Both the position numbers and the translations under genes were made by a program. The notes under the pieces are model-generated. The model searched no databases, had not been told where the DNA came from, and was given only the letters and a program-made list of their open reading frames with translations. This document shows positions 1-8,548 of a stretch of DNA of 64,000 bases, piece after piece. The DNA is from Myxococcota bacterium (lineage in GTDB: Bacteria; Myxococcota_A; UBA9160; SZUA-336): positions 2,016,001-2,080,000 of the forward strand of contig CBDFGR010000002.1 of assembly GCA_965247115.1 (NCBI GenBank), read 5' to 3'. The first letter of the stretch is position 1. Every line of letters starts with the position of its first letter.

Positions 1-1
1 A

Positions 2-1438
2 TTGACGGTCGAGCAGCTACCGCAGCTGCGGCGGAAGTGGGCGTTCGGTTTTCCGGATGGCAGCGGGGTGCGGGGCCAGCCGACCGTGGCTGGGGGTCGG
101 GTGTTCGTGGGCAGCGACAACGGGATGGTGTACGCGCTCGACGCGAAGACGGGCTGCGTGCACTGGTCCTTTGAGGCCGGAAAGGCCGTGGTGTCGGCCA
201 TCAGCGTAGGGACCGTGCCCGGTTCGCAAGACCGCTATGCGGCGTACATCGGGGACTTCCGGACGAACGTCTACGCCGTGGACGCCGAGACGGGCGAGCA
301 GCTGTGGACGGTTCGGGTGGACGACCATCACATGGCGAAGATCACGGGCTCGCCCGCGCTCGATACCCAGGGGGGCCGCCTGTACGTGCCGGTGGGCTCG
401 TGGGAGGAGGTCGCCGGCCAGAACCTGACGTACGAGTGCTGCACGTCTCAGGGCAGCGTGGTGGCGCTGGACGCCGCGACCGGGCGGCAGCTCTGGAAGG
501 CCTACACGATCCCCGAACGTCCCAGGCCGGTGAGGAAGAACTCCGCCGGCACGCAGCTCTACGGCCCGTCGGGTGCCGGGGTATGGGTTACGCCCACGCT
601 CGACCACGAGCGCGGGGCCGTCTACGTCGGCACGGCGAATGGCTACATCAATGTGCCGGACTCGGGGTCCAGTGACGCCATCATTGCCTTCGACCTCGAC
701 ACCGGCGAGAGGCGCTGGTCGACCCAGCTCCTGGCCAACGACTTGAACTGCGGGGGAGGTGGAAGCACCGATGCCGAGCTCAGGATCAACTGTCCCGGGT
801 ACATGAATGATGCGTTCAAGGGATCCGGTGCCAACGATGACGTGTCCGGGTCGCCAGTCCTGCACACGCTGCCGAATGGTCGGCAGATTCTGATCGCGGG
901 GCAGGAGACCGGCAGGATCACGGCACTGGATCCCGACAGCAACGGCGCCGTGCTTTGGGTGGCGCAGGCAGGAGACGTGCTGGGCCCGCAAGGCGCCGGC
1001 ATGGGCGCCGCCTCGGATGGAGAGCTCTACTACAGGGCCATCGCGCAGCCCGACCAGATCGGTGGGATGGCCGCGCTCCGGCCCGAGACGGGCGAGCGGG
1101 TCTGGTACGCCACGCATCCGAAGCCGACGAGCTGCTCCGACCCCGAGGCGGAATGGTGCAGCTCGGGACAGTACGGGGCGGTGACGGTCATCCCGGGCGC
1201 CGTGTTCGCGGGCGCGAGGGACGGCACGCTGCGCGCGTACTCGACGGGGGACGGCGAGGTCCTGTGGGAATACAACACGATGCAGGAGTACGAGACGGTG
1301 AACGGCGTGCGGGCCAAGGGGGGCTCGATCGGTGGTCATGGGCCTGCGATCGTCGGGGGAATGCTCTTCATGGGCTCCGGCTACAACATCATCACGGCCG
1401 CCCCGGGCAACGTGCTGATCGCGTTCGGCCTCGAGTAA
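2..1438 (+). CDS. PQQ-binding beta-propeller dehydrogenase, polyvinyl-alcohol dehydrogenase-like, copy A (5' truncated by window edge)
   Basis: Repeated tryptophan-docking motifs (ALDAKTGCVHW, AVDAETGEQLW), SWEE and YECC motifs, C-terminal GNVLIAF; paralogue of 1482-3356 and 6228-8084. Confidence 0.88.
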   Translation: MTVEQLPQLRRKWAFGFPDGSGVRGQPTVAGGRVFVGSDNGMVYALDAKTGCVHWSFEAGKAVVSAISVGTVPGSQDRYAAYIGDFRTNVYAVDAETGEQLWTVRVDDHHMAKITGSPALDTQGGRLYVPVGSWEEVAGQNLTYECCTSQGSVVALDAATGRQLWKAYTIPERPRPVRKNSAGTQLYGPSGAGVWVTPTLDHERGAVYVGTANGYINVPDSGSSDAIIAFDLDTGERRWSTQLLANDLNCGGGGSTDAELRINCPGYMNDAFKGSGANDDVSGSPVLHTLPNGRQILIAGQETGRITALDPDSNGAVLWVAQAGDVLGPQGAGMGAASDGELYYRAIAQPDQIGGMAALRPETGERVWYATHPKPTSCSDPEAEWCSSGQYGAVTVIPGAVFAGARDGTLRAYSTGDGEVLWEYNTMQEYETVNGVRAKGGSIGGHGPAIVGGMLFMGSGYNIITAAPGNVLIAFGLE

Positions 1439-1481
1439 CGATGTCCGGATCGCGGAGCACGTCGCTCGAGGAGGCACGACG

Positions 1482-3356
1482 ATGAGATGGTTTGCTGTGG
1501 CGTCTATCGCCCTGACGGTGTTGCTTCCGAGGGCAACCTGGGCGCAGGTGACAAGTGCCGTGCACCTCTTCACGTTCGAGCAGAAGTGCGCGGTCTGCCA
1601 TGGAACGACCAGTCTCGTCCCCAACGCGGTCAGTCGCGAAGCCCTCCGATCCTTCACCCCGGAGCGCGTGTTCGAGTCGCTGACAACCGGCGCGATGGCG
1701 GCCAATGCGAGCGGGCTCTCGGACGAGGAGAAGCGCGGGCTGGCCGTGTACCTGACCGGTCGCCCGTTCGGGAACATCGCGGACCGCTCGGCAGAGTCGA
1801 TGTCGAACCGCTGCGCGAGTGGCATGCCGATGAGCGATCCATCGTCCGGCCCGCGCTGGAACGGCATGAGTCCCGATCCCACGACCAGCGCACGCTTTCA
1901 GCCGACCGCTGCCGCGGGGCTGACGGTCGAGCAGGTGCCGCAGCTGCGGCGGAAGTGGGCGTTCGGCTTTCCGGATGGCAGCACGGTCCGGGGCCAACCG
2001 AGCGTGGCCGGGGGTCGGGTGTTCGTGGGCAGCGACAACGGGGTGGTGTACGCGCTGGACGCGGAGACCGGCTGCGTACACTGGTCCTTTGAAGCAGGGG
2101 AAGCCGTGGTAACGGCGGTCAGCGTGGGGAGCGTGCCGGGGTCAGAAGACCGCTACGCCGCGTATTTTGGGGACTTCCACGCGAACGTCTACGCCGTAGA
2201 CGCAGAGACAGGCGAGCGGCTGTGGACGCTGCGGGTGGACGACCACCAGATGGCGAAGATCACGGGTTCGCCCGTACTGGATACCCAGCTGGGACGCTTG
2301 ATCGTTCCCGTAGGCTCGTGGGAGGAGGGCGCCGGCAACAACATCTCGTACGAGTGCTGCACGTTCCAGGGCAGCGTGGTGGCCCTGGACGCAGCGACCG
2401 GGCGGCAGCTCTGGAAGTCCTACACGATCCCCGAGCGCCCTCGGCCGGTCAGGAAGAACTCCGCCGGTACGCAGCTCTACGGGCCAGCTGGTGCCGCGAT
2501 CTGGGTAACGCCCACACTCGACTACAGGCGCCGGGCTATCTACGTCGGTACGAGCAACGCCTATATCAATGTGCCGGACTCGGGATCCAGCGACGCCGTC
2601 ATCGCCTTCGACCTCGATACCGGCAAGCGGCGCTGGTCGACTCAGCTGCTGGCTGGCGACACGAACTGCGGGGGAGGCGGTCTTACCCCAGCCGAGCGCA
2701 GGATCAACTGCCCCGGCTTCAGAGGTTCCGGCTTTCCAGGCTCGGGTCCCAACGACGACGTGTCCGGGTCGCCAGTCCTGCACACGCTACCGAACGGCCG
2801 GCAGATCTTGATCGCGGGGCAAGAGACCGGAAGGATCACGGCACTGGATCCCGACAGCAACGGCGCCGTGCTGTGGGTCGCTCAGGCGGGTGACGCGATG
2901 GGGCCAGAAGGATCCGGTCTGGGCGCCGCCACGGATGGAGAGCTCTACTACAGACCCCTCGTGTTATCCGACGAGACGGGTGCGATGGCTGCGCTACGGG
3001 CCGCCACAGGCGAGCGGGTCTGGTACACGACCCACCCGAAGCCGACGAGCTGCTCCGACCCCGAGGCGGACTGGTGCACCTCGGGACAGTACGCGGCAGC
3101 AACGGTGATCCCCGGTGCGGTGTTCGCCGGTGCCCGAGACGGCACGCTGCGCGCGTACTCGACGGGGGACGGCGAGGTGCTTTGGGAATACAGCACGATG
3201 CAGGAGTACGAGACGGTGAACGGCGTGCGGGCCAAGGGGGGCTCGATCGGTGGCCATGGGCCGGCGATCGTCGGGGGCATGCTGTTCCTGGGATCCGGTT
3301 ACGCCATCGGCGGCAGCGTCCCCGGCAATGTGCTGCTCGCGTTTGGTGTGGAGTAG
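1482..3356 (+). CDS. Quinohaemoprotein (N-terminal cytochrome c + PQQ beta-propeller), PVA-dehydrogenase-like, copy B
   Basis: Sec signal peptide, CAVCH haem motif, PQQ propeller repeats, YECCTFQG; GAGGAGG RBS upstream. Confidence 0.9.
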   Translation: MRWFAVASIALTVLLPRATWAQVTSAVHLFTFEQKCAVCHGTTSLVPNAVSREALRSFTPERVFESLTTGAMAANASGLSDEEKRGLAVYLTGRPFGNIADRSAESMSNRCASGMPMSDPSSGPRWNGMSPDPTTSARFQPTAAAGLTVEQVPQLRRKWAFGFPDGSTVRGQPSVAGGRVFVGSDNGVVYALDAETGCVHWSFEAGEAVVTAVSVGSVPGSEDRYAAYFGDFHANVYAVDAETGERLWTLRVDDHQMAKITGSPVLDTQLGRLIVPVGSWEEGAGNNISYECCTFQGSVVALDAATGRQLWKSYTIPERPRPVRKNSAGTQLYGPAGAAIWVTPTLDYRRRAIYVGTSNAYINVPDSGSSDAVIAFDLDTGKRRWSTQLLAGDTNCGGGGLTPAERRINCPGFRGSGFPGSGPNDDVSGSPVLHTLPNGRQILIAGQETGRITALDPDSNGAVLWVAQAGDAMGPEGSGLGAATDGELYYRPLVLSDETGAMAALRAATGERVWYTTHPKPTSCSDPEADWCTSGQYAAATVIPGAVFAGARDGTLRAYSTGDGEVLWEYSTMQEYETVNGVRAKGGSIGGHGPAIVGGMLFLGSGYAIGGSVPGNVLLAFGVE

Positions 3357-3407
3357 GGCCGGGACCGGCCAGCTCGAGAACCGAGACAAACTGAAAGGAG
3401 ATCGGAC

Positions 3408-4379
3408 ATGGAGGTCATTCGCGTTCAGGAGATCATGGCGGCTCACTCGGAGCATGCGCGGCTAGCGCATGACCCCGCCTACAAGGACGGCTCTGCGTAC
3501 GTCATCGATCGGATCTGCCCGATCGCGGAGGCCGCCATCCCGCTCACGGATAGCGGCTTCACTCACTCGGATGCCGTGTACGACGTGATCAGCGTGAGCC
3601 GGGGCAGCTTCTTCCGTCTCGGACTGCACCAGGAGCGCTTCTCGAAGGCCTTGGCCCTGACCCGGATGCGAAACCCACTCTCGTCCGAGGAGGAGGCAGA
3701 GAACCTGAACCGTCTCGTGGCTCTCACGGGTCTCAAGGATGCGTACGTCTTCTGGACGGTGACCCGGGGCAGCACCATGGGAGGACGCGGCGACTTCCTC
3801 AATCCCGAGAGGTTCCAGAATCGCCTTTACGCTTACGTCACGCCCTACGTCTTCATCTGTGACGATGAGCAGCGCGCCCGTGGCATCGACCTCGTCGTGA
3901 GCCGGGACCGTATCCGGATTCCGTCACGGGCAGTCGATCCCCGAGCCAAGAACTTCCACTGGCTCGATCTGATGATGTCCCTGTTCGAGGCGCGGGAGCG
4001 CGGCGCCGAGTGGTCGGTGCTCCCCGACGAGTCCGGATATCTCACAGAGGCGCCGGGCACGAACATCTTCGCGGTCAAGGATGGCGTAGTGCTCACGCCC
4101 GACTCGGGCTGTCTCGAAGGGATCACGCGGCAGACCGTGATCGATCTCTGCAAGGACCTGGACGTGCCCTGCAAGCTGACGAAGGTGCACGTGGACGAGC
4201 TGCGCGGTGCGGACGAGGCGTTTCTCAGCTCGACAGCCGGCGGAGTCATGCCCGTGAACCGGGTGGACGACAACCTCCTCGGCGGGAAGGACGGCCCGGG
4301 CGAGCTTACGACGCGACTCCACAACGCGTACTGGGAGCGCCGCTGGGAGGGCTGGGACGCAACACCCGTCCGCTACTAG
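3408..4379 (+). CDS. PLP fold-type IV aminotransferase, (R)-selective amine transaminase-like
   Basis: DSGFTHSDAVYDV, DPRAKNFHWLDL (catalytic Lys), EAPGTNIF, LEGITR, SSTAGG; AAGGAG RBS. Confidence 0.85.
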   Translation: MEVIRVQEIMAAHSEHARLAHDPAYKDGSAYVIDRICPIAEAAIPLTDSGFTHSDAVYDVISVSRGSFFRLGLHQERFSKALALTRMRNPLSSEEEAENLNRLVALTGLKDAYVFWTVTRGSTMGGRGDFLNPERFQNRLYAYVTPYVFICDDEQRARGIDLVVSRDRIRIPSRAVDPRAKNFHWLDLMMSLFEARERGAEWSVLPDESGYLTEAPGTNIFAVKDGVVLTPDSGCLEGITRQTVIDLCKDLDVPCKLTKVHVDELRGADEAFLSSTAGGVMPVNRVDDNLLGGKDGPGELTTRLHNAYWERRWEGWDATPVRY

Positions 4380-4416
4380 CTCTCTCGACGACACTGGGCT
4401 GACCACTCGCACGAAG

Positions 4417-6168
4417 GTGTGGTTCGCCCTCCCGTCGTTCGCCACAGCTGCGATCGGGGTTCCCCTCCTCATCCACATGCCGCGCTTCTACAGCGATGAG
4501 GTAGGGGTTCCCCTCGCCTATCTGGCGGTGGCGGTAGCGCTCGCGCGCGGCCTCGATGCGGTCACCGACCCGCTGATGGGCTGGGTCACCGACCGTACCC
4601 GCTCCCGCTGGGGCCGCCGGAAGCCCTGGATAGCGGTGGGCGCCCCACTGACGGGGCTCGCCTTCGCTGCCCTCTTCAGCCCGCCTGCGCGCCTCTCTCT
4701 GACGGAGGCATCCGTCTGGTTCGCAGCCTTCTTCGGCCTCTACTACCTCTTCCACACCATCTGCGTGATCCCGCACGTGGCGCTGGGTGCCGAGCTGTCC
4801 CTCGATTACCACGAGCGCACGCGCCTCTTCGGTGTCCAGACTTACTTCGTCGTGGCCGGCACGCTGGTGACCTCCTACATGCCGCAGCTGCTACAGGGAC
4901 CCCTGGACCTGGACGCTCGTCCGGCGTATCGAGCGATCGGGTTCTCCTATGCCGTGCTTCTGCCGCTGCTGTTCCTCCCGCTGCTGTACTACGTGCGGGA
5001 GCGACCGGAGTTCGCCGCGCGAGCGCCCAATCCGCTCGTCCCCGGCATCCGTCGCGCGCTCCGGAACCGGCCCTTTCGGCAGCTGTTCATCATGACGCTG
5101 CTCTTCGGGACCTCGGACATGATCCCCAGCATCATGATGCCGTATCACACGATCTACGTGCTCCTGCTCGACGACTGGGAGCTGTGGCTCAGCATGTTCC
5201 TGCTCGCCTACTTCGGCGTCGCCTTCGGGACCGTCCCCGTCTGGGTCTGGGTGTCGACCCGAATCGGAAAGCAGCGCGCCCTCGTCGCCTCCGGGGCGAT
5301 CGGCGCCGCGTGGATGGTCACGTTCTTCTACCTTGCGGCCCCCGGTCGTGAGTGGTTCGTTCTCATCATGTGGGGAGTTCTGGGCCTTCAGTTCGCCGCG
5401 TGGACCCTGCTCTACCCCGCGCTGCTCGCTGATGTCATCGACTACGACGAGCTGCGCACCGGAAAGAGACGCGAAGCGCAGTACGCGAGCATCTGGACGG
5501 CGGTGCGCAAGTTCGTCGCGATTCCCGCCGCTTCCGTTCCGCTCGTGCTCCTCGGCGCAGCCGGGTACGTACCGAATCAACCTCAGACGCCCGAGGTGGT
5601 GCTCTGGATCCGCATCCTGATCGCTGGGTTTCCGGGCTTCCTCATGGCCGCGGGAGCTGCCGTGATCCTGTTCTACCCGATCACCGCCTCCGTCCATCGC
5701 CAGATCCGGGAGGGCCTCGCTCTTCACGAGCGGGGTCAGACCGCGGTTGACCCGCTGTCCCATGCGACCCTGCCCCCACCGGTAGCCGGCGTTGCCGAGG
5801 ACGACGCTTGGACGCTCGACAACTTCAGCACCGGTGAGCTGAGGCGCCTTGTACGCGCTGGACCCACGCGCATCGTCGTAGACGCATCTTTGTGTACCGC
5901 AGGGGCAATCCTGGCACTCGTCGCCTCTGCTGGGTTGGCGTACTGGAACCTTCCGCAAGCGCATGCGCGACCCGGGCTGGCGAGCGTAGCCGGGATCACC
6001 GCAGCCGGACTGGCCCTGGCCGCGACGGCCTTCCACGTGTTACGAGTGAGAGCCGCGCAACGCCTGCGAGCGTCTCCGCTCACAGCCAGCATCGTGAGAG
6101 CTCACCTCGAGAAGCAGAACACTCCGAGAGGGTCTCGCCCAGAAGTGGGGAGAGGCGCGCACGCTTGA
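4417..6168 (+). CDS. MFS transporter, GPH/MelB-like family, with C-terminal extension (start uncertain)
   Basis: DAVTDPLMGWVTDRTRSRWGRRKPW and ADVIDYDELRTGKRRE signatures; many hydrophobic helices. Confidence 0.88.
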   Translation: MWFALPSFATAAIGVPLLIHMPRFYSDEVGVPLAYLAVAVALARGLDAVTDPLMGWVTDRTRSRWGRRKPWIAVGAPLTGLAFAALFSPPARLSLTEASVWFAAFFGLYYLFHTICVIPHVALGAELSLDYHERTRLFGVQTYFVVAGTLVTSYMPQLLQGPLDLDARPAYRAIGFSYAVLLPLLFLPLLYYVRERPEFAARAPNPLVPGIRRALRNRPFRQLFIMTLLFGTSDMIPSIMMPYHTIYVLLLDDWELWLSMFLLAYFGVAFGTVPVWVWVSTRIGKQRALVASGAIGAAWMVTFFYLAAPGREWFVLIMWGVLGLQFAAWTLLYPALLADVIDYDELRTGKRREAQYASIWTAVRKFVAIPAASVPLVLLGAAGYVPNQPQTPEVVLWIRILIAGFPGFLMAAGAAVILFYPITASVHRQIREGLALHERGQTAVDPLSHATLPPPVAGVAEDDAWTLDNFSTGELRRLVRAGPTRIVVDASLCTAGAILALVASAGLAYWNLPQAHARPGLASVAGITAAGLALAATAFHVLRVRAAQRLRASPLTASIVRAHLEKQNTPRGSRPEVGRGAHA

Positions 6169-6227
6169 CCCTCAGGCGCTCTTGCTGCCATTCTGCGTAA
6201 GATGAGCAAATGCTCGGAGGCACGCTG

Positions 6228-8084
6228 ATGAAGTGGCTTGTTTTGGCGTCTGTTGCCGTCGCGTTGTTGCTGCCGAGGGCGAGCTGGGCGCAGGTGACGG
6301 ATTCTCGCTGGATCGTCCTGTTCGAGAAGGAGTGCGCGGTCTGCCATGGAACGACCAGTACCGTTCCCAACGCGGTCAGTCGCGAAGCCCTGCGGGCGTT
6401 CTCTCCGGAGCGGGTGCTCAAGGCGCTGACGACCGGCGCGATGGCTCCCAATGCGAGCGCGCTCTCGGATGAGGAGAAGCGCGGGATCGCAGTGTTCCTG
6501 ACCGGTCGCCCGTTCGGAAACGCGGCGGACCGTTCGGCTGCAGCGATGCCGAACCGCTGTGCCAGTGGCATGCCGATGGGGGATCCCGCCGTCGGGCCGC
6601 AGTGGAACGGCATGAGTCCCGATGCCACGACCAGCGCTCGCTTTCAGCCGACCGCCGCAGCGGGGCTGACGGTCGAGCAGGTGCCACGGCTCCGGCGCAA
6701 GTGGGCGTTCGGCTTTCCAGACGGCAGCTCGGTCCGGGGCCAGCCGACGGTGGTTGGGGGTCGGGTCTTCGTGGGCAGCGACAACGGGATGATATACGCG
6801 CTCGACGCGAAGACCGGCTGTGTGCACTGGTCCTTTGAGGGTGGAGAAGCCGTAACGACGGCAGTCAGCGTGGGAACCGTGGCCGGGTCAGAGGACCGTT
6901 ATGCCGCGTATTTCGGGGATTTCCAGGCGAATGTCCACGCCGTGGACGCCGAGACGGGCGAGCAGCTGTGGACGGTGCGCGTCGACGACCATCCGATGGC
7001 GAAGATCACGGGTTCGCCCGTGCTCGATACCCAGGGGGGACGCCTTTATGTGTCGGTGGCCTCGTGGGAGGAGGCTGCCGGCTCCAACCTCTCGTACGAG
7101 TGCTGCACGTCGCAAGGCAGTGTGGTAGCTCTGGACACCGGGACCGGCCGGCAAATCTGGAAGACCTACACAATCCCCGAACGTCCCAGACCATTCAGGA
7201 AGAACTCTGCCGGTACGCAGCTGTACGGGCCGTCGGGTGCCGGGATCTGGGCGGCGCCCACGCTCGACTACAGGCGCCGGGTCGTCTACGTCGGTACGGC
7301 CAATGGCTACGTCGACGTGCCGGACTCGGGGTCCAGTGACGCCATCATTGCCTTCGACCTCGACACCGGCAAGAGGCGGTGGTCGACCCAGCTCCTGGCC
7401 GACGACTTGAACTGCGGGGGAGGTGGAACGACCGATGCCGAGCGCAGGATCAACTGCCCCGGCCACGTACCGAATCCCAATGACGATGTGTCCGGGTCTC
7501 CCGTCCTGTACACGCTGCCGAACGGGCGCCAGATTCTGCTCGCGGGGCAAGAGAGCGGCAGGACCACGGCCCTGAATCCCGACGACAACGGCGCTGTGCT
7601 GTGGGTCGCGCAGGCCGGCGACATGCTGTGGCCACGTGGCTCCGGTCTGGGCGCCGCGGCGGATGGGGAGCTCTACTACAGACCCCTTGGGTTGTCCGAG
7701 CAGACGGGTGCGATGGCCGCGCTCCGGCCCGCGACGGGGGAGCGGGTCTGGTACACGACGCACGCGAAGCCGACGAACTGCTCCGACCCTGAGGCGGACT
7801 GGTGCAGCTCGGGACTGTTCGGGGCGGCGACGGTCATCCCCGGCGCCGTGTTCGCCGGGGCGAGGGACGGCACGCTGCGCGCGTACTCGACGAGTGACGG
7901 CGAGGTTCTGTGGGAGTACAACACCATGCAAGAGTACGAGACGGTGAACGGCGTCCGGGCCAAGGGGGGCTCGATCGGTGGCCACGGCCCCGCGATCGTC
8001 GGGGGTATGCTGTTCATGGGCTCTGGCTACAACATCATTTCGAGTTCTCCGGGCAACGTGTTGCTCGCGTTTGACGTGGAGTAG
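6228..8084 (+). CDS. Quinohaemoprotein (cytochrome c + PQQ beta-propeller), PVA-dehydrogenase-like, copy C
   Basis: Signal peptide, CAVCH, YECC, propeller repeats; GGAGG before ATG 6228. Confidence 0.9.
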   Translation: MKWLVLASVAVALLLPRASWAQVTDSRWIVLFEKECAVCHGTTSTVPNAVSREALRAFSPERVLKALTTGAMAPNASALSDEEKRGIAVFLTGRPFGNAADRSAAAMPNRCASGMPMGDPAVGPQWNGMSPDATTSARFQPTAAAGLTVEQVPRLRRKWAFGFPDGSSVRGQPTVVGGRVFVGSDNGMIYALDAKTGCVHWSFEGGEAVTTAVSVGTVAGSEDRYAAYFGDFQANVHAVDAETGEQLWTVRVDDHPMAKITGSPVLDTQGGRLYVSVASWEEAAGSNLSYECCTSQGSVVALDTGTGRQIWKTYTIPERPRPFRKNSAGTQLYGPSGAGIWAAPTLDYRRRVVYVGTANGYVDVPDSGSSDAIIAFDLDTGKRRWSTQLLADDLNCGGGGTTDAERRINCPGHVPNPNDDVSGSPVLYTLPNGRQILLAGQESGRTTALNPDDNGAVLWVAQAGDMLWPRGSGLGAAADGELYYRPLGLSEQTGAMAALRPATGERVWYTTHAKPTNCSDPEADWCSSGLFGAATVIPGAVFAGARDGTLRAYSTSDGEVLWEYNTMQEYETVNGVRAKGGSIGGHGPAIVGGMLFMGSGYNIISSSPGNVLLAFDVE

Positions 8085-8086
8085 CG

Positions 8087-8548
8087 ATGTCCGGCCTGCA
8101 GAACACGGTTTCTCTCCTGCTCACGGTCGCTGTTGCGCTCGGCATGGCCTTGACGGCGAGTGGGGCTGATTCGGAGCGCAAGGAAAACATCTGGCTGGGC
8201 GTTTTCACGAACCCACAGGCGCAGCGCGGCCACACGGCCTATCTCGCCACGTGCGCCACTTGCCACACCGAGACCCTGACGGGACGCCCTCCCGCTCCGG
8301 CTCTTCGCGGTAGCGGGTTCGTCTTGAGGTGGGACGGCAAGACGGTCAGGGATTTTTACAGCCGCATCCGCACCACGATGCCTACCGATGCGCCCGGTAG
8401 TCTCAGTCGCCAGGATACGCTCGACATCGTGGCGTATCTCTTCCAGGTAAACGGTTTTCCTGCGGGAGTCGATGAGCTTGCGGGCAGCGCAGTGGAGCTA
8501 CAGAAGACCAAGATCACACAGCACGCGGAGGGCAGCGATGGACCCTAA
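8087..8548 (+). CDS. Periplasmic monohaem cytochrome c, probable electron acceptor of the quinoproteins
   Basis: Signal peptide, CATCH, distal TTMP Met, VAYLFQVNGFPAG. Confidence 0.88.
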   Translation: MSGLQNTVSLLLTVAVALGMALTASGADSERKENIWLGVFTNPQAQRGHTAYLATCATCHTETLTGRPPAPALRGSGFVLRWDGKTVRDFYSRIRTTMPTDAPGSLSRQDTLDIVAYLFQVNGFPAGVDELAGSAVELQKTKITQHAEGSDGP

